A stretch of 64,000 bases of DNA. It comes from an uncultured Phycisphaerales bacterium (GTDB lineage Bacteria; Planctomycetota; Phycisphaerae; Tepidisphaerales; Tepidisphaeraceae). The translations under genes and the position numbers were made by a program. How positions within the stretch are numbered: the stretch's first letter is position 1; every line of letters starts with the position of its first letter. The DNA is taken from positions 224,001-288,000 of the forward strand of contig CAVWLP010000003.1 in assembly GCA_963755915.1 (NCBI GenBank). The letters are read 5' to 3'. This document shows, one piece after another, positions 1-10,148 of this stretch. The notes beneath the pieces were generated by a model. It was not told the origin of the DNA. It searched no databases and saw only the letters and a program-made list of their open reading frames with translations.

Positions 1-136
1 TGGCCGCAGACTCTCAAAACAGGACAAGAAAATCCAAAAATCGCGACAAAATTGCACGGAGTAGTCGGCCTCCAGCCTGAGTTTTGCGGAGTACCGCCCG
101 GCGGCCTCCAGCCGCCGCTTCCGTTAGAATCCCGGC

Positions 137-1672
137 GTGGACCACGACCGCACCTCCCCAGCCTGGGTTCCCGCGGCCCTTAGCGCAGCTTTGGCACTGG
201 GCCTTTATGCGGTCACCCTTGGCGGGACATATATTTACGACGACGCCGTCGTCATCGGGCTGGACCCGCGCGTCAAAGACCCGCATTTGTGGGGCCAATT
301 CTGGACGCACGACTGGTGGAACAACGGCGCGGTTGACAATCTCTATCGGCCGCTGGTGTCGCAGTCGTTTGGGCTTCAGTGGTGGGTCATGGGGGACCGG
401 GCGTGGGCATTCCATCTGGTTAATGTTCTGCTTCACGCGGGGGCGTCGGCCCTTGTGGCGGAGTTGGGGCGGCGGTTGGCGGGATGGCGCGTGGGGCTTA
501 TCGCGGGGCTTCTTTTTGCGGCACATCCCGTGCATAGCGAGGCCGTCGCTTCGATTGTGGGGCGGGCCGAGCTGGCATGCGCCGTGGGAATGTTTGCGGC
601 GCTGGTGCTGTTCCTAAAGCCGATCGTCACCACGCGGCGGGCGATCGCGATCGGCGCTGTTTCGCTTGTCGCGATGCTGAGCAAAGAGCAGGGACTGCTT
701 ATGCCGGGATTACTTGCGGCCTTACTTCCGGTGCGGCAGAAATTGTTTCCGGGGCCGCAGACCAAAAAGCAGCGGGAGCCGATTCTCCTGGCGTTTTGCC
801 TGGTCATCTGGGCGTTCATCGCGCTGTTTTATCTGCGCGAATATGTGCTGCACATGAAGTTCGAGTGGGACCGCAGCTTCCTCGATATCGCGATGCAGCC
901 GCTGGTGCTTTCGCACGGCATCGACCGCTGGCTGGTTCCGCTGGCGGTTTTGGGGAGATATTTCCTGCTGCTGGTGGCGCCAGTGAAACTGTCCATCGAT
1001 TATAACCTGGCGGTCATCGGGCCGACGATCAGCGCAAGCGATCCGTATCTGATCGTGGGGGCGATTGTGCTGGCGGGTTGGACCGTCGCGACGGTCGTTT
1101 GCATGGTCCGCCGGAATTGGGTGGCGCTTTTTTGCCTGATTGCGATGGCTCTCACTTATTCTGTGGCATCCAATATCGTCATCCTCGCCGCGATCTTCGG
1201 CGAAAGGCTCATGTACCTTCCATCCGCGTTCTTGCTGATTCTCGTGGGAATGGCACTCGCGAGGCTGCCTCGTTTATCGGGGAATCTTGTGCTGGCTGTG
1301 CTGCTTTGCCTCGCGTCTCTTCGCACTTTAACCTACGTCCAGCGGTGGAACGATCGGGATGATTTTTATCGATATTCGCTGCTCCAGCAGCCCCGATCGC
1401 TCAAGCTGCACCTGCTGCTGTCTTTCGCGGACTATGAGGAAAACAAACTGGCGGAGTCCCGGCAGATCATGGAGGATGCCGAGGCGATTTACCCGGACTA
1501 CTGGCAGCTTTGGAAAATGACGGCGCTCATCGACGAAAAGGAAAGCAAGTGGCCCCAGGCGGTGAAGGATTGGAAGCGGGCGTTTGACCTGTATCCTGCC
1601 GGCTCAATGCAGGCGCGGTGGGCGCACGCGATGGACATGGCGGCGAAGCAGCGCCCGGCAACCAAACCTTAG
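137..1672 (+). CDS. TMTC-like (GT-C fold, DUF1736) membrane glycosyltransferase with C-terminal TPRs; putative protein O-mannosyltransferase
   Basis: Multi-TM protein with TMTC-type motifs YDD, YRPL, HPVHSEAVASIVGRAEL, SKEQG, ERLMYLPS and a helical TPR-like C-terminus. Confidence 0.8.
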   Translation: MDHDRTSPAWVPAALSAALALGLYAVTLGGTYIYDDAVVIGLDPRVKDPHLWGQFWTHDWWNNGAVDNLYRPLVSQSFGLQWWVMGDRAWAFHLVNVLLHAGASALVAELGRRLAGWRVGLIAGLLFAAHPVHSEAVASIVGRAELACAVGMFAALVLFLKPIVTTRRAIAIGAVSLVAMLSKEQGLLMPGLLAALLPVRQKLFPGPQTKKQREPILLAFCLVIWAFIALFYLREYVLHMKFEWDRSFLDIAMQPLVLSHGIDRWLVPLAVLGRYFLLLVAPVKLSIDYNLAVIGPTISASDPYLIVGAIVLAGWTVATVVCMVRRNWVALFCLIAMALTYSVASNIVILAAIFGERLMYLPSAFLLILVGMALARLPRLSGNLVLAVLLCLASLRTLTYVQRWNDRDDFYRYSLLQQPRSLKLHLLLSFADYEENKLAESRQIMEDAEAIYPDYWQLWKMTALIDEKESKWPQAVKDWKRAFDLYPAGSMQARWAHAMDMAAKQRPATKP

Positions 1673-2583
1673 AGCGAAATCCATCCTGCCCGGCGGTGCA
1701 CGACGAGGTTTCCGGGGAAAATCTGGCGGCTGGGTGTGGCCGCGTCGCTGGCCATTTCGCGAAGGCGATCAAGCGCGTCGCCGCCCAATTCTCCTGCCGC
1801 GGCTCCCTGCGCGATCAGCCATCGCCGGGCTGATTCTCGTCCCAGAACCGCGGGCAATTCCGCGAGCCTGATCGCGGCAAACCGCGGCTCCAGCTTTGGA
1901 GCGGTTGCACGGACCCAGCGGTTAAGTTCCGCGCAGGCGTTTCCCAGGGTGATGATCGGCACATGGAGATCCTGACGCGATTGCAGGAATTGCCGGACGC
2001 GATTGCGGGCGTACCGATCGGACTGATTGCTCGCATCCTCGCGCCAGGTCTGGCCGCGCTGTTTGAGATACTCGCGCAATTCAGTTCGCCGAATCCCGAG
2101 CAGGGGTCGCACCACGGTTATTCCTGCGACGGTTCCCTTCGCCTTCATCCCCGCCAATCCCGCCGGGCCGGAGCCGCGAAGGAGCCGAAACAAAATCGTT
2201 TCCGACTGGTCATCGGCATGATGACCGAGGATGACGCCCATGAGCTTATGACCGAGGACAACGCGGCGGAATAGTTCAAATCGAATCGCGCGGTAACGGG
2301 CGGATGGATTTTTGGGCAGATCGGGCATCTCCGGCTCGAATTGATCGCGGCTGCGGATGGTCGCGGGAATCGAATGATGCTGCGCCAGCTCTGCCACGAA
2401 TGCCGAGTCTGCGGTGCTCTCCGGCCCGCGCGTCTGGTGATCGAGGTGAACGACGTGCAACTCAACCCCTGGCAACTCCTTGAGAAGCAGCAGCAATGCA
2501 ACGCTGTCCGCGCCCCCGCTGACGGCGACGGCCCAGGGGCCGGGCCGCAAAGATTCCGCGATCAAATCAGCGTTAAGCGCCAC
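1669..2583 (-). CDS. tilS: tRNA(Ile)-lysidine synthetase
   Basis: PP-loop AVSGGADS, HLDHQTR, GHHADDQSETILFRLLRGSG, VRPLL, EDASN..Y.RNRVR. Confidence 0.93.
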   Translation of the reverse strand: MALNADLIAESLRPGPWAVAVSGGADSVALLLLLKELPGVELHVVHLDHQTRGPESTADSAFVAELAQHHSIPATIRSRDQFEPEMPDLPKNPSARYRAIRFELFRRVVLGHKLMGVILGHHADDQSETILFRLLRGSGPAGLAGMKAKGTVAGITVVRPLLGIRRTELREYLKQRGQTWREDASNQSDRYARNRVRQFLQSRQDLHVPIITLGNACAELNRWVRATAPKLEPRFAAIRLAELPAVLGRESARRWLIAQGAAAGELGGDALDRLREMASDAATPSRQIFPGNLVVHRRAGWISL

Positions 2584-2597
2584 CGCACCATCTTACA

Positions 2598-2630
2598 AAC
2601 AAAAGCCCCCGGGGGTTTCCCGGGGGCTGT
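2598..2630 (-). terminator. Rho-independent terminator of the PEP-CTERM gene
   Basis: Inverted repeat agcccccggg/cccgggggct followed by TTTTGTTT on the minus strand. Confidence 0.75.
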
Positions 2631-2684
2631 TCAAGCACTACTTAAAGCACGTGGCGCTTGTGCCCTGCGCCTATGCTTGAGTAA

Positions 2685-3635
2685 CTACTTGGTCTTCTGG
2701 GTGCGGCGTCGATTCAGCAGGGCAAGACCTGCGAGGCCCAACAGCCCGATGCTGGCAGGCTCGGGGACTGCCGTTCCTGAGAGCGTTATATTATCGAAAC
2801 GCCAGTTTCCGGAGTTGTTGTTGTAGTCGCCGCCGGAAGCGGCCCAGTAATCCTGTCCGCCGCTGGTATCCCCAGTCACATACGCCGTGTAATCAGCGTC
2901 ACCCAAGGTTGGGCGCACCGACACCAGTTCGATCGCAAAATTGGGGTCGTTGGTGGCGCCGGCGGGAAGACCGGTCAAGTCGATGGTGATATTCGGCGAG
3001 GAATTGGAATAGAAAATGCTCCCAGCCGAAATCACGTAATCGCTGCCAAGATTCGTCCACGCGATGCTCGGATCCGCGACGCCCGGAGGATTCAGGCCAC
3101 CGGGAGGATTGGCCCCCTCATCACCGGTGTAATTGAAACCGGCACCGGCGGTATCGTCTAGGGTATAGGCCACCTGAAGATTTGCGGGGGCCTGGTTGGT
3201 GGAATACCAATCGAACGAGAAGGAGGTCGGTGCATAGCCGGTGGTTGGGATGGCAAAAGCGGCGCCCTGGGTGTAATTGGGGGCCGAATTGTTCCAGCCA
3301 TTGCCGGGCATACCGCTGGTATTGCTGGTCCCACGAACACGCCAGGTATCTTCGGTGATACTGCTCGCTGTGGTGCTGACAATGTCGTCGCTGGCGTTGG
3401 TCGGAGTGGTTTCTCCACCGGTGTAGGTGTAATTGTTGTTCATGCCAAGCGTAACAGCGCTTGAGGAACTTGCGTTGGTTCCTCCGGTCGCAGCGGGTGA
3501 ATTAACCCCGGGCGATCCCTGGGCCGCGGTCGCGGTAAACGACCATTGGGCGACAATGTCAGCCGAGGCAACTCGGACAGTCATGCCGGCGATTATCGCC
3601 GCCGAAAGAAGCGCGATGCTCTTTTTCGTCTTCAT
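2685..3635 (-). CDS. PEP-CTERM sorting domain surface protein
   Basis: Start MKTKKS after a GGAGGGGAG RBS; signal peptide; S/T/G/N-rich body; C-terminal VPEPASIGLLGLAGLALLNRRR. Confidence 0.9.
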   Translation of the reverse strand: MKTKKSIALLSAAIIAGMTVRVASADIVAQWSFTATAAQGSPGVNSPAATGGTNASSSSAVTLGMNNNYTYTGGETTPTNASDDIVSTTASSITEDTWRVRGTSNTSGMPGNGWNNSAPNYTQGAAFAIPTTGYAPTSFSFDWYSTNQAPANLQVAYTLDDTAGAGFNYTGDEGANPPGGLNPPGVADPSIAWTNLGSDYVISAGSIFYSNSSPNITIDLTGLPAGATNDPNFAIELVSVRPTLGDADYTAYVTGDTSGGQDYWAASGGDYNNNSGNWRFDNITLSGTAVPEPASIGLLGLAGLALLNRRRTQKTK

Positions 3636-4026
3636 CACAAAAAACTCCCCTCCCCTTTTTTGGGGATTCGTGGACAATCGGATGGGAATACGTATTTCGA
3701 ACCTATCGAAATGAATCGCGCCCAGCCGGTTCAATGCAACGCCGCAAAACGGTATCGCGAAACCGCAATTGATGAAGGCGAAGTTTACGCAGCAACATGA
3801 GCGCCTCATCAATCGGAGGTTTGCGTAACGAAAATGTTTGATGATACGGAAATGAAAAATGAGGCGATTCAAAATCGCGGTTCGCGCAACCAATCAGGCC
3901 TCGTTTCCAGATTTTTACGGCGAAACGTGACTTAAACAAGTCAGTAAAAAACCTGCGGTGGATGGCGATGCCTGGGACTGGGCGAGGGGGAATTGCGGAC
4001 AACCGGAAAAAGAGGCGAGCCTGCAA

Positions 4027-4062
4027 CAAACAAAACGGCCTTCGGCGATGCCGAAGGCCGTT
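4027..4062 (-). terminator. Rho-independent terminator
   Basis: 13-bp stem aacggccttcggc/gccgaaggccgtt with a T-rich tail on the minus strand, just after the 4092 stop. Confidence 0.8.
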
Positions 4063-4091
4063 CGGTTATTCAATTGTGCCCGGAGAAACGC

Positions 4092-5274
4092 CTAGGCCTT
4101 AACTTGTCGCCGGCGGCTTCGCCGTGCCATCAAGCCAAGCCCGCACGCAAGGAGGCCAATGCTGGCCGGCTCGGGAACGGCGACGGGGGTCGTCTCAACG
4201 CCGAAGAGATCGACGCCGGTCGGCGCATTGTAAAGCACTGTGGGCGTTCCGGAACTGGGGGTGAACGCGCTATCGTAGGCCGCAGTATCGACCACTTCTT
4301 CCAGGGATCCGGGATCGTTGGAGTTGCTCGTCGTGGTGAAATAAAGATCCACACCGCTTGATGTTTCCACGCCGACCAGATCAGCGGCCTTGCCGGTGGT
4401 TCCCGTGGCCGCGGTGATTGCGAACGAACCTTCGGCCGTCAGCGAGGGCGTACCGTTGGAATATGCGACGGCATACTTATAAATCGCGGTTGAATCGGCG
4501 ATGTAGAGCGTGTCATAGGTGCTTCCGTTCAAGCCCGACTGAAGCAGATCGAAGTCGGTGATGTTTCCGGTGTTGATGCCCGAGGGAAGGGTGACGGCAG
4601 TGGTGGTTCCGCCGCTATAGGTAAAAAGCGAATTGGTGTCGCCGGAACCCTGAGCCGAGACGAAGTCAATTCCGCCGAACCCGGCCAGATATCGGGAGTT
4701 GGTGGTGTTTAACTGGCCTGTTGGCCCGTAAATCCCGACCTTGTCTGTAAACAGGTAGTTGGCATTGGTGCCATCGGGCGTATATGCGGAACGAATCTGG
4801 CCGCCGGACGATTCCGTATACGTGGCGGCAGTGGTGAAGGTCCCATCGGCCGTCAGATACGCCGCTTGGCGAATTGGTTGCGCCAATTCGTTCGAAGAAT
4901 TATAACCCTGATAGCCACCGAACGTGACTTCGGTGCCCCCGTCCGACAAGGCCAACTGGCCGTTGCTTCCGTTGCTGTTGCTGTAGAGCGTTGTTCCGGA
5001 AGAAGAACTGCTGTCGCCGGTGAGATTGGTCACGTTCCACGTCTGCGAGATGGTGTTGCTGGTGGTATTGAAATCATCAATCGTAAGGGTTGACCCGCCA
5101 GCGGCATCGGCAACCGTGCTTGTCCCCGATTGATATACGAGCAAATCACTTGCGCCGATAACGGACGCGTTTGACCTTGTGGCCGTAATTCCCGAAACAG
5201 CCAGGGCCGCGATTGGTGCGGTCAAGAGCAGATTCGACGCCTTTGCTTTTCGGCGCTCTTAAGATTGACATCAT
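4092..5274 (-). CDS. PEP-CTERM sorting domain surface protein (likely frameshift in the signal peptide)
   Basis: C-terminal VPEPASIGLLACGLGLMARRSRRR; ATG at 5274 with a GGAGG RBS is one base out of frame with ORF 4092..5225. Confidence 0.85.
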
Positions 5275-5488
5275 TTTTTCGCCTCCGTGTGCGATGGTTA
5301 TTTTGAGTGTGAAGCGGCCGGCGAGATGCCGATAGAAACGCCTCTCCCCAATTCGGATGCTTAAAATAGGAAGCGGCTGTCGTTTTTAGAGAAGTGTCTC
5401 GCTAAATTCGCGTTAAGATTCGGCTAATACGCAGGCGCCTATAGGTTTGGCACCATTCGGCCTCAGCCGGCGTGTAATATGCCCCGTT

Positions 5489-7600
5489 ATGGCAGATTCC
5501 CCTCTGGCATCTGATCGTTCCTCGACGGCCGTCACGCCAGAGCTGCGCCACTCAGCCCTGCTTGCCGAGGGTGTAAAACATCAAAAAGAAGGACGCCTGA
5601 GGGAGGCCTCCACCTGTTTTCGACTTGTGCTGCGTGAGAATCCCCTTCATCCAGAAGCTCTGCATTCTTTGGGACTTGTGGCCAAAAACCAGGGGAACCC
5701 GGGGCGGGCCAAAAAACTCATCCGCGCCGCGATCGAAACCGGGCAGGGAAACACCGCGGTTTACTGCAACAACCTGGCCAATCTCCTGCGGCAGGACAGC
5801 TCCGATGAGGCACGCCAGCTCTATCTCAAGGCACTACAAATCCATCCGGCATACTGCGACGCCTGGTTAAACCTGGCAAGCTGCGAAGACCTGCGAGGAA
5901 ATGCAGTTAATGCCGTTGAGGCGCTTCAGGCGGGAATCGAAAAATGCCCCGGCGAACTGCCCCTGCTTCAGGCCCTGGCGGCGCCTCCTTCGACTGGAAC
6001 GGTTCTCGGAAGCGCTGCCCGTTCTCAAGCAGCTCATCGAAAGAAAACCGGACGATCCTGAGTTGTGGGTCAAGCTGGGACTCGTCTGGGTGGAGCTGCG
6101 CGACCCCGGCAGAGCAACCAAGGCGCTGCTGCATTCGCTGAAGCTGGACGCGGAAAACTCGGCGGCAAAGCTGCTGCTTTCCAAGGTGCTCGTCGGTTGC
6201 GCGGCCGCCCATGAAGCCGAGTCGCTCCTTATCGAAGCCGCCAAAACTGATGACCGCGCCTTTTCCGTTCTCGGTAATGTTTACAAGGATCTGGGGTATA
6301 TGGACCTGGCTCTGGATTGCTACGCCAGATCCCTGATCCATCACCCCAGTCATCCCGAGCAGAGCAATTTCCTCTATACGCTGCTGTACGACCCGGCTCA
6401 TGATCATCAGGAAGTCGCTGAAGAACATCGAAACTGGGGGCGCACTTATGCCGACCCGCTGCGCCCCGCCAAAATTTCGTTCGATCGCGATCGCGATCCC
6501 AACCGACCGCTGCGGATCGGATACGTCTCGGGCCACTATTGGGACCACGCCGTCAGCTTATTCAGCCTGCCGATGATTCAGGCACACGATCCGGACGCTT
6601 TCCAGCTATATTTGTATTACTCCGAGCGCAACGCGATTGGGCGACGGATGCCTTCCGCGCTCATGCCGCTCGATGGCACGAAATCGAGGAAAAGTCCGAC
6701 GCTGAGGTGGCGCGACTCGTCCAGGATGATCGGATCGATATTCTAGTCGATCTAGCCGGTCACATCGGTGGCAACCGCCTGCTGGTTTTCGCACGCAAGC
6801 CTGCGCCGATTCAGGTAACTTACCTGGGATATCAGGCGACCACGGGCATGGAGGTTATGGACTATCGCTTAACGGATTCGGTGGCCGACCCACCGGGCCA
6901 GACGGACTCGCTCTATATCGAAAAGCTGATCCGGCTGAATCCGAGTTTTTTTGCTTATCGCCCAAGCGACTATGCGCCGCCCGTGGCCCCGCTCCCCGCC
7001 GAAGCATGCGGCCGCATCACGTTTGGATGCCTGAATAACCCGTCAAAGACCGGCCCCTGGTTGGCCAGGGTCTGGGCCGCGATTCTACGATCCGTTCCTG
7101 ATTCCCAACTAATGCTTCTTGGTCCGAGCCGGCAGGACGCCGATCCACGCGTCAGCAATCTTTTCCGCGATGAGGGAATCGACCCGAAGCGAATCCTGAT
7201 CGTGGGCAAGCGATCCAGGTTCGACTATCTGCACGTCTACGACCGCATCGACATCGCCCTCGACCCATTCCCCTTCAGCGGCCACACCACGACCTGCGAT
7301 GCGCTCTGGCAGGGAGTGCCTGTGGTCACGCTGGCGGGGCAGACGTATGCGGGACGCATGAGCGCCAGCACGTTGACGCAGGCAAAGTTTCCGCAGTGGA
7401 TTGCCCAAACACCCCAGGAATATGTGCGGATCGCTGTTGGCCTCGCCGGAGATATTCCGTCACTGGCCAATCTCCGGCGCAATATGCGCGACCATCTTAC
7501 ATCGGCGCCGATTCTCGATGCGAAGGGATTTACGAGAAGCCTGGAAGCGGCGTATCGAAAGATGTGGCAATCCTACGTCGGCCGTGAAATCAGCGTTTGA
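5489..7600 (+). CDS. TPR-containing O-GlcNAc transferase/SPINDLY family (GT41), split by two frameshifts (~5975, ~6625)
   Basis: TPRs, then LRIGYVS, DILVDLAGH..GNRLLVFARKPAPIQVTYLGY, TFGCLNNPSK, DIALDPFPFSGHTTTCDALWQGVPVVTLAG across three overlapping ORFs. Confidence 0.88.
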
Positions 7601-9677
7601 CCTTCAATTTTCGCAGTTGCGCGGCGACCTGCTCGCCGAGCCCCGCCCAGTCCCCCGCCGATTCCTGGCGGAAAATCCGCATTGAGGGATACCAAGGAGA
7701 ATCGTCGCGATCGACCATCCACCGCCAATCGGCCACGTGGGGAAGCATCAGCCAGACCGGCTTGCCCATCGCCCCGGCGAGGTGGGCAACCGCCGTATCG
7801 CAGGCGATGACCAGATCCAAGTTCGCCAGCAGCGCCGCCGTGTCGGCGAAATCGTTCAGCTCGGCCGTCCAATCGGCGATCTGCATTCCCGCCGGCGGCG
7901 TCGCCGCCTGGCGCGCGGCCGGACCTTTCTGAAGGCTGCACAGCCACGTATCCGCGACCGCGCTCAGCGGCGCCAGCGCCTCCAGCGAAAACGAACGGCG
8001 CTGATCGTCCGAGTGCGTCGGATTCCCCCACCAGCAGAGGCCCACCTTCTTTCTCTCATCACGCGGAATCCGCGACTTCCAGCGCTCGACCAATTCCGCG
8101 TCCGGAAAAACATACGGGATGCTTAGCGGGATCGTTTCCACCGTCGTCCCAAGCCGGTAGGGAAGGCTCATCATCGGACACTGCAAATCGAATTGCGGCA
8201 GCTCCTGCGGCTGCGAAAGGATTTCGTCCAGGCATGGCACCGTCTTGAGCAACCGCCGCAGCTCCGGATGGGTGATCAGAATCGTTTTGGCGCCGCGCGG
8301 AAATCACCGGAATGAACCGCGCAAACTGGATCGAATCGCCAAAGCCCTGCTCGCTGTCGATGAGAAATCTCTTGCCCGCGACTTCTTCCCCCTCCCAGAT
8401 TCCCCGCTGGGCGTAGCGCGTCGGCTGGATGAGGTTGCGCGCTTTCCAGCGCGTCTCATATCCCGCCCATCCCTCCGTGAAATTTCCCGTCAGAAGCTGC
8501 ATCATCGCCAGGTTAAATCGCGCCAGATCGAACTGCGGATCGAGCGACAGCGCCTTCTGGAAAAGTTGCATCGCCTGCTTGTTCTGCCCAAGCTGGCGGT
8601 AAATGGCGCCCAGATTGTTGTAGACCGGCGGAATGCGGAATCCGCGCGACTCAGCCGCCTGATATTCCGCGATGGCCTCCTGAAGCCGGCCGCTTTCGAA
8701 ATACGCCGTGGCGAGGTTGTAGCGCACCTCGAGCGAATCCTCGATCTGAAGCGACTTGGCAAACGCTTCGATCGCCCCCTCGCGCAATTTAAGTCCCAGC
8801 ATCACGTTGCCCAGCTCGTTAAAAGCCATCGCAAACCGGCTATCCAGCGCCAGCGCCTGCCGAAGCTCCTGAGCCGATTCTTCAAAACGATTTTGCAGAT
8901 GCAGCGCCCGACCGAGGTTGAAATGCAGCGGCGCGGAATCGGGTCGGGCGACGAGGGCGCGGCGGGTCATGTCGATCGCCTCGTCGGTTTGCCCGCGCTG
9001 GCACAAAAGTCCGCCCAGCGTCGTCATCACCTCCGGATAATCCGGGCGAAGCGCCAGTGCCGTGCGGAACGACGCCACCGCCTCGTCGATGCGATTGAGA
9101 CGCAGCAGCGCGTTGCCCAGGTTGTGGTGCGTGGGCGCGTAGTCGGATCGAATCGCCAGCGCCCGCTGAAGAATCTCGACCGCCTCTTCCTGCCGACCGG
9201 CCTGGGAGAGCGCGCTGCCGAGGTGATCCAGGATCCGGAAATCGCTGGGGCGCGACGCAGCGCCTTCTGCAACGAATCGATCGCTTCCTGAAACCGCTTG
9301 AGCCGCAGTAGCGTCATCCCTTTGTTTTCGTGGGCATCGGCCAGGTCGGGCTGAAGGAGCAGCGCCCGTTCAAAGGCCTCAAGGGCCTGCTGCGAACGTC
9401 CGGCCGTCGCGTGGGCGGCGCCCAGGTTGGAATGAAAGTGCGCCGCCGTTGGATTCAGCGTAATCGCCCGGCGGATGTAATCGACCGCGACATCCGTCTG
9501 CCCCACCTGGCTGGCCAGAAGCCCCGTCAGATGCAGGGCATGGGCATTGTTGGGATCGGCGGCGAGGATTTTTCGGTAGATCGTATCGGCTTCGCGCAGG
9601 CGGCCCGCCTGATGGTGCTGTACCGCGAGGTCCAGCGCCTGCTGAAGGGACATGGTTGTACTGCCGGGTTTTTCCAT
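7590..9677 (-). CDS. TPR-repeat protein with C-terminal GT9-like glycosyltransferase domain, frameshifted
   Basis: TPRs (LQQALDLAVQHHQAG...), EGWAGYETRW, EQGFGDSIQFARF, DFADTAALLANLDLVIACDTAVAHLAGAMGKPVW, DWRW..DRDDSPWYPSMRIFRQ across three ORFs. Confidence 0.85.
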
Positions 9678-10041
9678 CGAGCCACTACGCGGGCGAATAC
9701 AATACTGCTGGCCTTGCATCCTTGCACGCCGGGAACATGGGGAACTCAGCCCGGCCCCGTCCGACCGGGAATTTGCTCGGCCAACAGGGATTCAGGGCTG
9801 CAAAATAATTCCGGCTCCATATTTCTTGCAGAAATCCAACCGTTTCGGATCGGCCCAGTCCGACGCAAATCTCCATCTAAAATCAATCATTATAGAAAGT
9901 TAAGACACGTATACCAACATGAATGTAACGACTTGTAATCGCTATAGGGAAAATCCCTATGCCAAAATGAGGGATCGTAATCATGACGAAAACTGCCAGC
10001 CACGGTCTGCTATGTGCGTCGTAATCGGCCTTGGCGAATCC

Positions 10042-10116
10042 AGCCGCCGTTTTCTTAGCGCGTCCGGGCTCCCAAGGGGGGGCCGGACTCGCGGATAACG
10101 GCGGCTCTTTTTTTTT
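10042..10116 (+). terminator. Long hairpin with U-tract; terminator for a plus-strand transcript
   Basis: agccgccgtt (10042-10051) pairs with aacggcggct (10097-10106); inner gtccgg/ccggac; followed by T9. Confidence 0.7.
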
Positions 10117-10148
10117 CCCTCCTCTTATTTCCTCCACCGCCCAACCAA

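Noticed and set aside
8245-9291. 348-aa plus-strand ORF, and similar long ORFs at 10321-11292, 28878-29813, 54408-55388
   Set aside because: Opposite-strand shadows of well-supported genes
9960-10116. Known riboswitch (c-di-GMP-I, ZTP) or attenuator leader
   Set aside because: Consensus motifs did not match convincingly and no plus-strand gene lies downstream to regulate; kept only as an sRNA/small-ORF candidate
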